Part shown: positions 45,222 to 60,437 of the stretch, in pieces
Layout of the letters: each line of letters opens with the position of its first letter
Numbering within the stretch: the stretch's first letter is position 1
Origin: Blastocatellia bacterium
Lineage (GTDB): Bacteria; Acidobacteriota; Blastocatellia; Pyrinomonadales; Pyrinomonadaceae
NCBI GenBank assembly: GCA_016789145.1
Contig: JAEUQI010000003.1
Location: 5,206-69,205, forward strand
DNA: 64,000 nucleotides
Reading direction: 5' to 3'
Notes under the pieces: generated by a model
What the model was told of the DNA's origin: nothing
Seen by the model: the letters and a program-made list of their open reading frames with translations, nothing else
Database searches by the model: none
Program-made: the position numbers and the translations under genes

Positions 45222-47246
45222 ATGAAAAGACGAACCTTTAACGCCGTTGTCGCGGCCTTTTTGTCGTTCTCGATGTATTCAGCAGCCAATGCTCAGAGCA
45301 CTGGTTTCGACACCTCTCGAATGGATACCTCGGTCGAGGCGTGCACGGATTTCTTTCAGTATGCTAACGGAAGTTGGCTCAAAAGCACACAGATACCGCC
45401 AACCGAATCGCGTTGGGGCACATTCGACATTCTGCGCGATTCGAACAGCAACTTGCTTCGTGAAATTCTTGAGACTGCCGCAAGGACTAAGTCGCCGAAA
45501 GGCAGTAATTCACAAATGATCGGCGATTACTATTCGGCTTGTATGGACGAAGCATCGATAGAAAAAGCTGGCCTCAAGCCACTAAAGCCGTTTTTGTCCA
45601 AGATCGATAAGGTAAAGTCATCGGCTGACGTTATCAGGCTGATCGGCGAAATGCATAGCGCAGGATTGCCGGCCTTGTTCAGCTTTGGAGCGGGACCTGA
45701 CCTGAAAGACGCGAATGCCGTGATCATCAACGCGGGCCAAGGCGGCCTGACAATGCCCGGCAAGGATTACTACACCAAAGACGATGCCAAATCCGTCGAG
45801 ACAAAAGCCAAGTTCGTCGACTATATGACCAATATGTTCAAATTGCTCGGCGACACGCCTGACGCAGCGGCGGCTCACGCGTCTAAGGTGATGGACATGC
45901 AAACGCGCCTTGCTAAGGCTTCGCTGAGCTCGACCGAGCTACGAAATCCCGATCTTCGCTATAACAAGGTCACCATGGCGACGGCTCAGGAAATGACTCC
46001 GAACATAAATTGGACAACCTATTTTGCGGCTCGCGGCGTCACGCCAGAAGCAACTCTGAACCTAGCACAGCCCAATTTTTTCAAAGAAGCGAACACGATG
46101 GTATCAACCGTTTCGATCGATGATTGGAAAGTATACCTTCGCTGGATGGCAGTGAATTCGATGGCTGCAATGCTACCAAAGGCTTTTGCCGACGAGAATT
46201 TCAACTTCTTTGGCAAGCACCTAAGTGGCCAGAAAGAACGGCAGCCGCGATGGAAGACGTGCGTACAGAACGTCGATGGAGCTCTGGGCGAAGCCCTAGG
46301 TATGGAGTACGCCTCTCGTGTATTCAAGCCCGAAGCGAAAGCAAGAATGAACGAGCTGATCGATAACCTAATGGTATCGATGAAAGGCCGTATCGACGGC
46401 CTGGCATGGATGGGAAGTGAAACCAAGAAACAGGCTCAGGCAAAGCTATCGACCTTCAAGCGAAAGATCGGTTATCCTGACAAACTCCGCGGATATGCCG
46501 GCCTGATGGTCGACCGTAAGTCCTACGCCGGAAATGTGATGGCATCGAACAAGTTTCAGATCAATCGCAATTTCATGGACCTAGGCAAACCTCGGGACAA
46601 GAGCCGTATGGGGATGACGCCGCCAACGGTCAATGCCTCGTACAGCAGCGTGAACAACGATATCACGTTCCCTGCGGGTATATTGCAGCCGCCGTTCTTT
46701 AATTTTAACGCCGACGACGCCATAAATTATGGAGCCATTGGCGGCGTGATCGGCCATGAGATAACGCATGGCTTTGATGACCAAGGCTCACGATTTGACG
46801 CAGACGGAAATCTTAAGATGTGGTGGACCGCAGACGATCGCAAGGCGTTCGAGGAGCGCGCCGACTGTGTGGTAAAACAGTTCAATGATTATGAAGTGCA
46901 GCCAAATCTGTTCATCAACGGCCGTCTCACTCTTGGCGAGAACATTGGTGATTTCGCAGGCCTGACAGTCTCATACTATGCGTTCAAGAGATCGCTTGAG
47001 GGCAAACCTCGCCCCGCTAACATCGATGGCTTCACGCCCGAACAGCGATTCTTCCTCGGCTGGGCTCAGGTCTGGGCCGGCAAATACTCGCCCGAAGCCG
47101 AACGCCTACAGGTCGCTACTAACACGCACTCGCTACCACGATGGCGTGTCAACGGCCCGCTTTCGAACATGCCCGAATTCGCCGAGGCCTTCGCCTGCAA
47201 AGCCCCGGCGAAAATGGTCCGAACAAAACCCTGCGAGATCTGGTAG
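45222..47246 (+). CDS. M13-family zinc metallopeptidase (PepO/endothelin-converting-enzyme-like)
   Basis: It has a signal peptide, the zincin motif 'VIGHEITHGFD' and a downstream 'GENIGDFAG'. Confidence 0.88.
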   Translation: MKRRTFNAVVAAFLSFSMYSAANAQSTGFDTSRMDTSVEACTDFFQYANGSWLKSTQIPPTESRWGTFDILRDSNSNLLREILETAARTKSPKGSNSQMIGDYYSACMDEASIEKAGLKPLKPFLSKIDKVKSSADVIRLIGEMHSAGLPALFSFGAGPDLKDANAVIINAGQGGLTMPGKDYYTKDDAKSVETKAKFVDYMTNMFKLLGDTPDAAAAHASKVMDMQTRLAKASLSSTELRNPDLRYNKVTMATAQEMTPNINWTTYFAARGVTPEATLNLAQPNFFKEANTMVSTVSIDDWKVYLRWMAVNSMAAMLPKAFADENFNFFGKHLSGQKERQPRWKTCVQNVDGALGEALGMEYASRVFKPEAKARMNELIDNLMVSMKGRIDGLAWMGSETKKQAQAKLSTFKRKIGYPDKLRGYAGLMVDRKSYAGNVMASNKFQINRNFMDLGKPRDKSRMGMTPPTVNASYSSVNNDITFPAGILQPPFFNFNADDAINYGAIGGVIGHEITHGFDDQGSRFDADGNLKMWWTADDRKAFEERADCVVKQFNDYEVQPNLFINGRLTLGENIGDFAGLTVSYYAFKRSLEGKPRPANIDGFTPEQRFFLGWAQVWAGKYSPEAERLQVATNTHSLPRWRVNGPLSNMPEFAEAFACKAPAKMVRTKPCEIW

Positions 47247-47264
47247 ATAATAGCCATAAGAATC

Positions 47265-47302
47265 AAAAAGCCGAGGTGACTATTCACCTCGGCTTTCTTT
47301 TG
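47265..47302. terminator. Bidirectional terminator between the convergent peptidase and rpoC genes
   Basis: A 10-bp perfect stem pairs AGCCGAGGTG (47269..47278) with CACCTCGGCT (47285..47294). It is flanked by AAAAA on the left and TTTCTTTT on the right. A second 7-bp hairpin, CCGGACA/TGTCCGG, sits at 47312..47329 next to the rpoC stop. Confidence 0.75.
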
Positions 47303-47336
47303 GACTTAAGACCGGACAAGAGTGTCCGGGCTCCGT

Positions 47337-50300
47337 TTAGAGTTCATCGTCGTCCGGGATCTCGATCTTCATGGCTTCATCGATGTCGAAGATCTCTTCT
47401 GCTTCGATATCTTCTTCTATTTCGATGTCATCGCCTTCGAAATCCTCGTCAGCATCGATGCCTGGGATGTCCATCAACGGCGGTAGTTCGAGGCCGCCGC
47501 GGATGTCAGCCAATTCATCGAATTCATCCTCTTGCTTCATATCAGCGGTCGGATCGTGATCGATCTGAACGTTGCGGTAATGCTTCATACCGGTTCCAGC
47601 CGGAATAAGGCGTCCCATGATGACGTTCTCCTTGAGGCCGCGAAGGTAATCTACGCGTCCCGAGATTGCAGCTTCTGTAAGCACGCGAGTCGTTTCTTGG
47701 AACGAAGCCGCCGAGATGAACGAATCGGTGGAGAGCGATGCCTTCGTAATACCGAGAAGGAGCGGCTCACCCACCGAAGGCGATCCGCCTTCGTCAGTGA
47801 CGCGGCGATTCTCGTCATCATAACGGAAACGATCGACCTGCTCTTCCATCAGGAATTCGGTGTCGCCGACGTCCTTGATCTTGACCCAACGGAGCATCTG
47901 GCGAACGATCACCTCAATGTGTTTGTCATTGATGTTAACGCCCTGCAGACGATAGACCTCTTGGATCTCGTTCACGAGGTAATTCTGCAACGCACCGGTT
48001 CCGAGTACACGCAAGATATCGTGCGGGTTGAGCGGGCCGTCCATGAGCGGTTCACCGGCTCGAACACGGTCGCCTTCCTGCACGTTAATGTGCGTACCAC
48101 GTGGAATATCGTATTCCTTTTCGGTGCCGTCGTCGCCGGTAACGATGAGTTTACGTTTACCTTTGGAGATAGGCCCAAAAGCGATAGTACCGTTGATCTC
48201 GGACATTACCGCCGTTTCGCCCGGGCGACGAGCCTCGAAAAGCTCGACGACACGCGGCAGACCACCGACGATGTCTTTCGTCTTGGTAGTCTCACGCGGG
48301 ATCTTGGCAATGATGTCACCGGCACGAACTTCGTCGCCGTCTTCGACGTGAAGATTAGCACGGATCGGCATCTGATAGGTCTTTAGAACCTTGTTGTTGC
48401 CACCGCGGATCTCAAGACGAGGCTGATTTTTCTCGTCCGAGTCTTTAACCACGAGACGTTTCTGGCCCGTAACCTTATCGATCTCTTCTTCAACGGTCTT
48501 GCCTTCTTTTAGGTCCTGATACTTGATCGTACCGTCAACCTCGGAAAGGATTGCGAACGTGAATGGATCCCATGTTACAAGAACATCATCCTCTTTGACT
48601 TTTTGGCCATCCTTGACGTGGATCTGAGCACCGTAAACGACGGTATAACGGGCGACTTCACGACCGCGATCGTCTAGGAGAGCGATCTCCGATTGACGAC
48701 GTAAACTGACGAACTCACCGGCTCGGTTCTTAATTACCTTCATATCCTCGCCGAGGAATTTGACGGTTCCGTCAACGGCCGCAAGATGCTTCGTTTCCTG
48801 TTCGAGACGCGCCGTACCACCGACGTGGAACGTACGCATCGTCAGCTGTGTTCCCGGTTCACCGATCGACTGAGCAGCGATAACGCCGACAGCCTCACCG
48901 ATCTCGACCGTGTTTCCGGTCGCGAGGTTGCGGCCGTAACATTTGACGCAGATACCGCGACGCGATTCGCAGGTCAGAGCCGAGCGAATGCGAACTTTCT
49001 GCAAGCCCGAGAGCTGAACTGCAGCACCGAGATCTTCGTCGATCTCAGTGTTTGCAGTGACGATGACCGTTCCCTCGACCGGATCGATGATATCGTCGAG
49101 CGACGTGCAACCAACGATACGGTCGCGAAGTGATTCGACCTCTTCACCATTACGGATAATGGCCTCTGCCCAAACTCCACGAAGCGTTCCACAATCCTCT
49201 TCAGAAACGATCACGTCCTGAGCAACGTCCACCAGGCGACGCGTCAGATAGCCCGAATCAGCGGTCTTGAGTGCCGTATCGGCAAGACCCTTACGAGCAC
49301 CGTGCGTCGAAATGAAGTATTGCAGAACATCGAGCCCCTCGCGGAAATTGGCGAGAATAGGATTCTCGATGATCTCACCCGAAGGCTTAGCCATCAGGCC
49401 GCGCATACCGGCGAGCTGTCGGATCTGAGCCTCAGAACCTCGAGCACCTGAATCAGCCATGACGAGGATCGGATTGAGCTCGTTGCGTTCCTTTTCACGC
49501 TCGTGCATGGCCTTGAACATTTCTTTCGCAACACGATCGGTAACGTCTGACCAGATGGCCGTGACCTTATTGGTACGTTCCATGTCGGTCATCGTTGCGT
49601 CTTCGTACTGCTTCTGAAGTTTGTCGACCTCTTTACGGGCTTCGATGATGATGCCCTTCTTGCTTGCCGGTGTGACCATGTCATCGATGCCAATCGACAT
49701 GCCTGAACGCGTTGCGTACAGGAAGCCCATCGCCTTAAGATCGTCGAGCAAAGCAACGGTCTGTTCGTGGCCGAGCTTGAGATGACAGAATGTGACCAGC
49801 GACTGGAGGCCTTTCTTCTTGAGCGTTCCGTTAACGAACGGCAAGCCGTCACGCGTCAGGCGCTCGTTAAAGATGGCACGTCCGGCCGTTGTTTCGATGA
49901 TGACATCGACGTTCTCACGAACGTTCGCACGCATAACATCTTGACCAGCATGTTCTGCCGTCAGGTCGATCAGATCACCACGCCATCGCAGGCGGATCTT
50001 CGATTGAGTTTCGACAACGCCTGCGTCGAGTGCTAACAGTGCATCTTCGATCGAGTTGAACGCCTTGCCTTCGCCGCGAAGTTTATCGCGACCAAGCGTC
50101 AAATAGTAACAACCAAGCACGATATCCTGCGAAGGAACCGTGATCGGCTGGCCCGACGCCGGTGACAGAAGGTTGTTCGACGCAAGCATCAAGACGCTTG
50201 CTTCGATCTGTGCCTCAGGTGAGAGCGGAATATGCACGGCCATCTGGTCACCGTCAAAATCAGCGTTGAACGCTGTACAGACGAGCGGATGGATCTTGAT

Positions 50301-51638
50301 AGCTTTGCCCTCTACGAGTACCGGCTCGAAAGCCTGGATACCGAGACGGTGAAGCGTCGGAGCACGGTTCAGCAGAACCGGATGCTCGCGAATTACTTCT
50401 TCGAGAATGTCCCAAACGATCGGCTCTTGGCGTTCGACCATTTCACGAGCTTGTTTGATCGTCGCTGCGTGGGCGTCCTTTTCAAGCTTGTTATAAATGA
50501 ACGGCTTGAACAGTTCGAGTGCCATTTTCTTTGGCAGACCGCACTGGTGAAGCTTGAGTTCCGGCCCGACGACGATGACCGAACGGCCTGAATAATCGAC
50601 ACGTTTTCCGAGCAGGTTCTGACGGAAACGGCCTTGCTTACCTTTCAATGTACCCGAAAGCGACTTGAGCGGACGATTGTTCGCACCGCGAAGCACGCGA
50701 CCGCGGCGTCCGTTATCGAACAACGCATCGACTGCCTCTTGCAGCATACGCTTTTCGTTGCGAACGATGACCTCAGGCGCACGCAGTTCGATAAGCTTTT
50801 TGAGACGGTTATTACGGTTGATCACGCGACGATAAAGGTCGTTAAGATCTGATGTAGCAAAACGTCCGCCATCAAGCGGCACGAGCGGACGAAGCTCGGG
50901 CGGGATTACCGGAATCACGTCGAGGATCATCCAATCAGGATGATTGCCCGAACGCAGGAACGAGTTCGAAACCTTCAATCGCTTAGAATACTTGAGCTTT
51001 TTCTGCTGCGAAGTCTCGTCCTTCATCTTGGCACGAAGATCTTCGACAAGCTCAGCGATATCGATCGTTTGAAGCAGATCCTTGATCGCCTCAGCACCCA
51101 TTTTTGCAACAAACTGATTCGGATGATCGCGCATCAATTCGCGATAACGCTCGTCCGAAAGCAGCTCTTTCTCTTTCAATTCGGGCACGTCGCCCGGATC
51201 AACCACAATGTAGGTCTCGAAGTAAAGGATCTTTTCGAGATCACGCAAGGTGATGTCGAGCAAGTGGCCGATTCTCGACGGAAGGCCTTTGAAGAACCAA
51301 ACATGCGAACACGGCGAAGCAAGTTCGATGTGGCCGAGACGTTCGCGTCGCACCTTCGACTGCGTAACCTCGACGCCGCACTTGTCGCAGATCACGCCGC
51401 GGTGCTTCATTCGCTTGTATTTGCCGCACAGACATTCCCAGTCGGATACCGGTCCGAAGATGCGGGCACAGAACAGCCCATCGCGCTCTGGTTTGAACGT
51501 ACGGTAATTAATAGTTTCCGGCTTGGTGACCTCACCATGCGACCACGATCGGATCTTATCCGGCGAAGCAAGCGAAATTCGGATTGCCTCGTAATTCGTG
51601 GTCAATTGTGTTTTGTTGTCTTGATTAAATCGAAACAT
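47337..51638 (-). CDS. rpoC: DNA-directed RNA polymerase subunit beta'
   Basis: It has the catalytic '[12 protein letters not shown]', Zn-binding 'CLCGKYK...CDKCGVEV', the full-length beta' architecture and an acidic C-terminal tail. Confidence 0.97.
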   Translation of the reverse strand: MFRFNQDNKTQLTTNYEAIRISLASPDKIRSWSHGEVTKPETINYRTFKPERDGLFCARIFGPVSDWECLCGKYKRMKHRGVICDKCGVEVTQSKVRRERLGHIELASPCSHVWFFKGLPSRIGHLLDITLRDLEKILYFETYIVVDPGDVPELKEKELLSDERYRELMRDHPNQFVAKMGAEAIKDLLQTIDIAELVEDLRAKMKDETSQQKKLKYSKRLKVSNSFLRSGNHPDWMILDVIPVIPPELRPLVPLDGGRFATSDLNDLYRRVINRNNRLKKLIELRAPEVIVRNEKRMLQEAVDALFDNGRRGRVLRGANNRPLKSLSGTLKGKQGRFRQNLLGKRVDYSGRSVIVVGPELKLHQCGLPKKMALELFKPFIYNKLEKDAHAATIKQAREMVERQEPIVWDILEEVIREHPVLLNRAPTLHRLGIQAFEPVLVEGKAIKIHPLVCTAFNADFDGDQMAVHIPLSPEAQIEASVLMLASNNLLSPASGQPITVPSQDIVLGCYYLTLGRDKLRGEGKAFNSIEDALLALDAGVVETQSKIRLRWRGDLIDLTAEHAGQDVMRANVRENVDVIIETTAGRAIFNERLTRDGLPFVNGTLKKKGLQSLVTFCHLKLGHEQTVALLDDLKAMGFLYATRSGMSIGIDDMVTPASKKGIIIEARKEVDKLQKQYEDATMTDMERTNKVTAIWSDVTDRVAKEMFKAMHEREKERNELNPILVMADSGARGSEAQIRQLAGMRGLMAKPSGEIIENPILANFREGLDVLQYFISTHGARKGLADTALKTADSGYLTRRLVDVAQDVIVSEEDCGTLRGVWAEAIIRNGEEVESLRDRIVGCTSLDDIIDPVEGTVIVTANTEIDEDLGAAVQLSGLQKVRIRSALTCESRRGICVKCYGRNLATGNTVEIGEAVGVIAAQSIGEPGTQLTMRTFHVGGTARLEQETKHLAAVDGTVKFLGEDMKVIKNRAGEFVSLRRQSEIALLDDRGREVARYTVVYGAQIHVKDGQKVKEDDVLVTWDPFTFAILSEVDGTIKYQDLKEGKTVEEEIDKVTGQKRLVVKDSDEKNQPRLEIRGGNNKVLKTYQMPIRANLHVEDGDEVRAGDIIAKIPRETTKTKDIVGGLPRVVELFEARRPGETAVMSEINGTIAFGPISKGKRKLIVTGDDGTEKEYDIPRGTHINVQEGDRVRAGEPLMDGPLNPHDILRVLGTGALQNYLVNEIQEVYRLQGVNINDKHIEVIVRQMLRWVKIKDVGDTEFLMEEQVDRFRYDDENRRVTDEGGSPSVGEPLLLGITKASLSTDSFISAASFQETTRVLTEAAISGRVDYLRGLKENVIMGRLIPAGTGMKHYRNVQIDHDPTADMKQEDEFDELADIRGGLELPPLMDIPGIDADEDFEGDDIEIEEDIEAEEIFDIDEAMKIEIPDDDEL

Positions 51639-51741
51639 CTTTTTCTTTTAAGTTCCTAGTTCCAAGTTCCACGTTCCATGTTTCTATTGACTCACACGTT
51701 TCAGGCTCCGAAACTTGGAACCCGAAACGTGAAACCTGAAA

Positions 51742-56190
<4,449 letters not shown>

Positions 56191-56556
56191 ATTAAAACCA
56201 ATTGCGCCTCACGCGCTTTAGGGGTAAAAAACCTGTTGACGTATCGCGCTCGACTTGTTACGATGCTCGTAATCCAAGTTTTACGGCTACGTTTGCCATA
56301 GAAAGACGGCAAATGCGGTCTTGGGTAAAGTTTTCCCAGACCGCTTGATAAGCAGTAGATGCCTTAACTAATTTTTCCGAGCGTGTCGGTGTAAGACACT
56401 CACTCCCCATTTGTGCGGCCTAAATACCGCTGAAAAAACCACGATAGTGCGGCATAAATGCCCCAAGATCGTATTGCTGAACATCGCAGATCGGGAAAAA
56501 CCGTCCAAACCTCGCGAAACTATCAGCTTAACAGCACTTTTTTCAATAAGCAAGCA

Positions 56557-56587
56557 ATGGAGAGCCAACATCAAGCCGGCTCTCCAT
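56557..56587 (-). terminator. Hairpin (attenuator/partial terminator candidate) just after rplL
   Basis: A 10-bp perfect stem pairs ATGGAGAGCC (56557..56566) with GGCTCTCCAT (56578..56587), 17 nt downstream of the rplL stop. The downstream tract on the minus strand is only moderately T-rich (TGCTTGCTTATTG). Confidence 0.45.
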
Positions 56588-56603
56588 CGTTATTGCTGAT
56601 CTA

Positions 56604-56996
56604 CTATTTGAGCTCGATCGTAGCGCCGGCTTCAGTAAGCTTAGCTTTGATCTCTTCAGCTTCGGCCTTCGATGCGCCTTCTTTAATCGCTTTCGGTGCG
56701 CTGTCAACGAGATCCTTAGCTTCCTTGAGGCCGAGACCTGCAACGACTTCGCGAACAACCTTAATGACCGCGATCTTGTTGCCACCGGCTGATTCGAGGA
56801 TAACGTCGAACGAATCCTTCTCTTCTGCCGCGGCACCGCCGCCATCACCGCCTGCCGGAGCTGCCATCATCATCGGTGCTGCCGCTGCCGCAGCCGAAAC
56901 TCCGAATACTTCTTCGAGTTCCTTGACCAATTCCGACGCTTCGAGAAGCGACATACCTTTCAAAAATTCAACAACATCAGCTTTTGTAACTGCCAT
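56604..56996 (-). CDS. rplL: 50S ribosomal protein L7/L12
   Basis: It has '[29 protein letters not shown]', an Ala/Gly hinge and the C-terminal 'LKEAKDLVD...EAGATIELK'. Confidence 0.97.
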   Translation of the reverse strand: MAVTKADVVEFLKGMSLLEASELVKELEEVFGVSAAAAAAPMMMAAPAGGDGGGAAAEEKDSFDVILESAGGNKIAVIKVVREVVAGLGLKEAKDLVDSAPKAIKEGASKAEAEEIKAKLTEAGATIELK

Positions 56997-57233
56997 GATT
57001 TTTATCTATCTCCTATTTAGGGTTCTTTTATTTCAATTAAATTGCCGCTAGAACCCAGGGACACACAATGAATGGGTTGCATCACCTTTCATTTAGTATC
57101 CGAAGCCAATGTGCCTGACAACACGTCGGCTCGTTTTACCTTGAGCACGGCTTTCACGAACCGTTTAAGGCTCGTGATCTCAAATCTGAGATCTAAGACC
57201 TCAAATTCTATCGAGATCGATCGATCTCAAAAC

Positions 57234-57977
57234 TTATTCGGCTGCCGGCTCTTCCTCAGCCGGAACCTCCAATTCAACCTCGTCCGCAACAGGTACTTCT
57301 TCCGCCGGAGCAGCTTCGGCCTCAGCAGCCGGAGCGTCTTCCGCCGGTGCGGCTTCTACTTCAGCGGCCGGAGTTTCATCCGCAGGAGCAGCCTCGACCT
57401 CTGCGACACTCTCTTCAACTGCCGCGGCCGGTGTTGCTGATACTTCTCCAGCGGCACGCCCTTCCTGTTCTCCGATCTGTTTGATCACAACTGCCAGGTC
57501 ACGCGGAACTGCGTTGATAACCGTAACGATACGCTGCGCCTGTGCGTTGAGCACGTAGAGCAATTTCGAAATAAGCTCTTCTTTCGAAGGCAGATTTGCG
57601 ATAGTGGTCAACTGTGCGAGATCTACAAGCTTGCCGTCAACCACACCTGTTTTGAAGGTGTAGATGTCAGCATTCTCTTTCATGAACTTCGAAATTGCTT
57701 TCGACAGAACGACAGGATCGTTCTTCGTCCATGCGATCGCAGTGACGCCCTTGAAGTGCTCAGTTGCTTCCTCAAACTGCGTTCCTTTGACCGCAATACG
57801 AGCCAGCGTATTCTTTACAACTTGGTATTCTGCACCTGCCTCGCGAAGGCTGTTGCGAAACTCTTGGTCCTTGGTCACCGTCAAGCCCGTAAAGCTAACG
57901 ACCATTGCGGACGTGGAATTAGCAAGCGAATCGGTGAGTGCGGCCAGATCTTGTGCTTTTGTTTCTCTTGATTTCAT
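57234..57977 (-). CDS. rplJ: 50S ribosomal protein L10 with a roughly 74-aa acidic Ala/Glu/Pro C-terminal extension
   Basis: The L10 core runs from 'AMVVSFTGLTV...LREAGAEYQVVKNTLAR' to the alpha8-like 'LISKLLYVLNAQAQRIVTVINAV'. The tail begins 'AAGEVSATPAAAVEES...'. GAGGAGG lies upstream. Confidence 0.93.
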   Translation of the reverse strand: MKSRETKAQDLAALTDSLANSTSAMVVSFTGLTVTKDQEFRNSLREAGAEYQVVKNTLARIAVKGTQFEEATEHFKGVTAIAWTKNDPVVLSKAISKFMKENADIYTFKTGVVDGKLVDLAQLTTIANLPSKEELISKLLYVLNAQAQRIVTVINAVPRDLAVVIKQIGEQEGRAAGEVSATPAAAVEESVAEVEAAPADETPAAEVEAAPAEDAPAAEAEAAPAEEVPVADEVELEVPAEEEPAAE

Positions 57978-57997
57978 TTCTCTTAGTGCCTCCTCAC

Positions 57998-58690
57998 TTA
58001 AACGTACGACAACTCATCGAGCAATACGCCCGGGCTCATCGTTGCTGCTAAATTGATCTTCTTCAAATAACGGCCTTTTGCTGTGGTCGGCTTAGCCTTC
58101 ATGACGGCACCGATCAGGACGCGAGTATTCTCCAACAGCTTTGCGTCATCGAACGACACTTTGCCAACCGGCGAGTGAATAACGCCCGTTTTATCGACGC
58201 GGTATTCTACCTTACCAGCCTTGGTCTCTTCGACGGCCGTTTTCACGTCCATCGTTACCGTTCCTGTTTTTGGATTTGGCATCAGGCCTCGAGGACCGAG
58301 AACCTTACCAAGCTGTCCGACCTTACCCATCATGTCGGGCGTCGCAATTAGTGCGTCAAAATCGAGCCAGCCGCCTTTGATCTTATCGACGATATCATCG
58401 CCCCCGGCTTCATCTGCTCCGGCATCGAGTGCCTCGCGGATCTTGTCGCCCTGAGCAACAACGACGACCTTTTTGGCTGCTCCGCCCAAACCGTGCGGCA
58501 GAACGATCGTGCCGCGGACGAGCTGATCTGCCTTACGCGGATCGACGCCCAACCACATCGTCAGTTCGACGGTTTCGTCAAACTTTGCAAAAGCGATCTC
58601 TTTCAATTTTGAGACCGCGTCTTCAAGTGTGTACTTCTTGCCGTCCTCGATCTTTTCGAGGGCAGCAAGATATTTCTTGCCTCGTTTCAT
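57998..58690 (-). CDS. rplA: 50S ribosomal protein L1
   Basis: It has 'MKRGKKY', '[25 protein letters not shown]' and '[15 protein letters not shown]'. Confidence 0.97.
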   Translation of the reverse strand: MKRGKKYLAALEKIEDGKKYTLEDAVSKLKEIAFAKFDETVELTMWLGVDPRKADQLVRGTIVLPHGLGGAAKKVVVVAQGDKIREALDAGADEAGGDDIVDKIKGGWLDFDALIATPDMMGKVGQLGKVLGPRGLMPNPKTGTVTMDVKTAVEETKAGKVEYRVDKTGVIHSPVGKVSFDDAKLLENTRVLIGAVMKAKPTTAKGRYLKKINLAATMSPGVLLDELSYV

Positions 58691-58773
58691 ATTACCTCCA
58701 GGTATTAACGGCGATACATGATCGCCTCCCTATAGGTCGTATAGGACGAATTAGTCCTATAGGTCCTAAAATC

Positions 58774-59199
58774 TTACTCAACAGTCAAGCCCATGCTCTT
58801 CGCGGTTCCCTCGATCGTCCGCATAGCGGATTCGAGGTTGGTCGTGTTGAGATCTTGCATTTTCAGCTTTGCGATCTCTTCGATCTTTGCACGGCTGATA
58901 GTGCCTGATTTTTCGCGATTCGGCTTGCCCGAACCTTTTGCAATTCCCGAAGCCTTTCTCAAAAGATCGGCTGCCGGCGGCGTTTTTGTCTCGAAAGTGA
59001 ACGAACGGTCTGCATAGACTGTGATCACGACCGGGATCTTCATATCCGGATCGTCATTCTGCGTTTTGGCGTTGAACGCCTTGCAGAATTCCATGATGTT
59101 AACGCCGTGCTGACCCAAAGCAGGGCCGATCGGCGGAGCCGGATTGGCCTTACCTGCCGGGATCTGTAGCTTGATGTAACCTTCTATCTTCTTTGCCAT
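58774..59199 (-). CDS. rplK: 50S ribosomal protein L11
   Basis: It has '[35 protein letters not shown]'. Confidence 0.97.
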   Translation of the reverse strand: MAKKIEGYIKLQIPAGKANPAPPIGPALGQHGVNIMEFCKAFNAKTQNDDPDMKIPVVITVYADRSFTFETKTPPAADLLRKASGIAKGSGKPNREKSGTISRAKIEEIAKLKMQDLNTTNLESAMRTIEGTAKSMGLTVE

Positions 59200-59253
59200 C
59201 TTCTTTTTCGATTAACGATGCCGGTGTTTTTGTCGGCAATGTCCTCTTCTAAT

Positions 59254-59814
59254 TTATTCATCCTCGGCGAAGGTAACTTTCTCCACCTCGAGGAATGTCA
59301 ACTCGTACGGAGTCGAGCGTCCAAAAATCGTGATCGAAACCTTAAGTGTCGATTTGTCTTCATTGACCTCTTCAACCTTGCCCGTGAAGCTCGCGAACGG
59401 TCCCGATTTGATACGAACGACCTCGCCAACTTCGTATGTGAACTTCGGTTTCGGCTTTTCGGTCGTGACCTCGATATTGTGATCGATCTGGTCGACCTCA
59501 GCTTGCGAAAGCGGCGTTGGCTGCTTTCCGCCGAGAAATCCTGTCACTTTCGGCGTCGATTTGATCGCGTGAAACACGTTGTCAGGGATCTTGCCCTTTT
59601 CGTCACATTCAATCTCAACGAGCACGTAGCCCGGATAGAACATTCGCTCCGAGACGTACTCTTTGTTGCCACGCATCTCGACGACTTTTTCTTTCGGAAG
59701 CTTTACCTCGGTGATCTGCTCGCCGAGCTCCATGTCGCGAATCCTCGCAGCAAGGCTCTCAACGACCTTGTTCTCGTGTCCCGAATATGTGTGGATGAAA
59801 TACCACTGCTTCAT
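59254..59814 (-). CDS. nusG: Transcription termination/antitermination factor NusG
   Basis: It has '[14 protein letters not shown]', and a KOW region '[21 protein letters not shown]'. Confidence 0.95.
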   Translation of the reverse strand: MKQWYFIHTYSGHENKVVESLAARIRDMELGEQITEVKLPKEKVVEMRGNKEYVSERMFYPGYVLVEIECDEKGKIPDNVFHAIKSTPKVTGFLGGKQPTPLSQAEVDQIDHNIEVTTEKPKPKFTYEVGEVVRIKSGPFASFTGKVEEVNEDKSTLKVSITIFGRSTPYELTFLEVEKVTFAEDE

Positions 59815-59828
59815 TTCAAATATCCTTG

Positions 59829-60083
59829 TTAGATGCCTGCGATCTTGTTAACAACCCACGTCAAACCTTCGAGAATATACGTCCACGCATGATCTACGAG
59901 AAACAGATAAGCTGCAAAAAAGATGACGTTCAAAATAACAATGATCGTCGTGCCGCGCACATCACTCGATGATGGGAACGTCGTCTTGTCCAATTCAGCG
60001 CGAGTCTTCGTAATGAAATCGCCGATGCCTTGCTTTCCGCTATTTTCTGTCGTTGCTGCTGCGTCTGACACTGTTTTCTCCAT
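59829..60083 (-). CDS. secE: Preprotein translocase subunit SecE
   Basis: It has the conserved position between tRNA-Trp and nusG, '[16 protein letters not shown]' and a single C-terminal TM helix. Confidence 0.85.
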   Translation of the reverse strand: MEKTVSDAAATTENSGKQGIGDFITKTRAELDKTTFPSSSDVRGTTIIVILNVIFFAAYLFLVDHAWTYILEGLTWVVNKIAGI

Positions 60084-60136
60084 AGATCTCGGATCTCAAA
60101 TCCAAGATCTCAAATCACAATTCTAAAATCTTACTT

Positions 60137-60212
60137 TGGCAGGGGTAGCAGGACTCGAACCCGCACCTTAGGTTTTGGAGACCCGCATGCTAACCATTGA
60201 CACCATACCCCT
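60137..60212 (-). tRNA. tRNA-Trp (anticodon CCA)
   Basis: The reverse complement is AGGGGTA..CTCCAAA..GCGGGTTCGAGTCCTGC TACCCCT G CCA. It folds as a cloverleaf with the 7-nt anticodon loop CTCCAAA, and the CCA end is encoded. The anticodon stem has one C-A mismatch. Confidence 0.85.
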
Positions 60213-60284
60213 GTGATCAGTGAATAGTTAGTAGTAAAAAGTGAACAGTTTCAAACTTCTCACTTTTTAACATTACCTTTTCAC

Positions 60285-60437
60285 TTACTTGTTTTCTCGA
60301 TGCAACTGGTGCTTGCGGCAGCGACGGCAGAACTTGCTGAACTCGAGCCTGTTAGGCGTGTTCTTCTTATTCTTTGTCGTCACGTAATTGCGCTCTTTGC
60401 ACTCCGTGCACTGCAAAATAATATTATCTCTCGGCAT
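60285..60437 (-). CDS. rpmG: 50S ribosomal protein L33
   Basis: The sequence is '[50 protein letters not shown]' (50 aa, CxxC...CxxC). The start is placed at the internal Met of the listed 70-aa ORF. Confidence 0.93.
   Translation of the reverse strand: MPRDNIILQCTECKERNYVTTKNKKNTPNRLEFSKFCRRCRKHQLHRENK

Noticed and set aside
56236-56264. I noticed a near-consensus sigma-70 promoter on the plus strand, TTGACG-17 nt-TACGAT. It points antisense into the rplL-rpoB leader.
   Set aside because: No plus-strand gene or obvious RNA lies downstream; the 56458..57051 ORF is the shadow of rplL. A single hexamer-pair match in 64 kb is plausible by chance. It would need transcription start site data.
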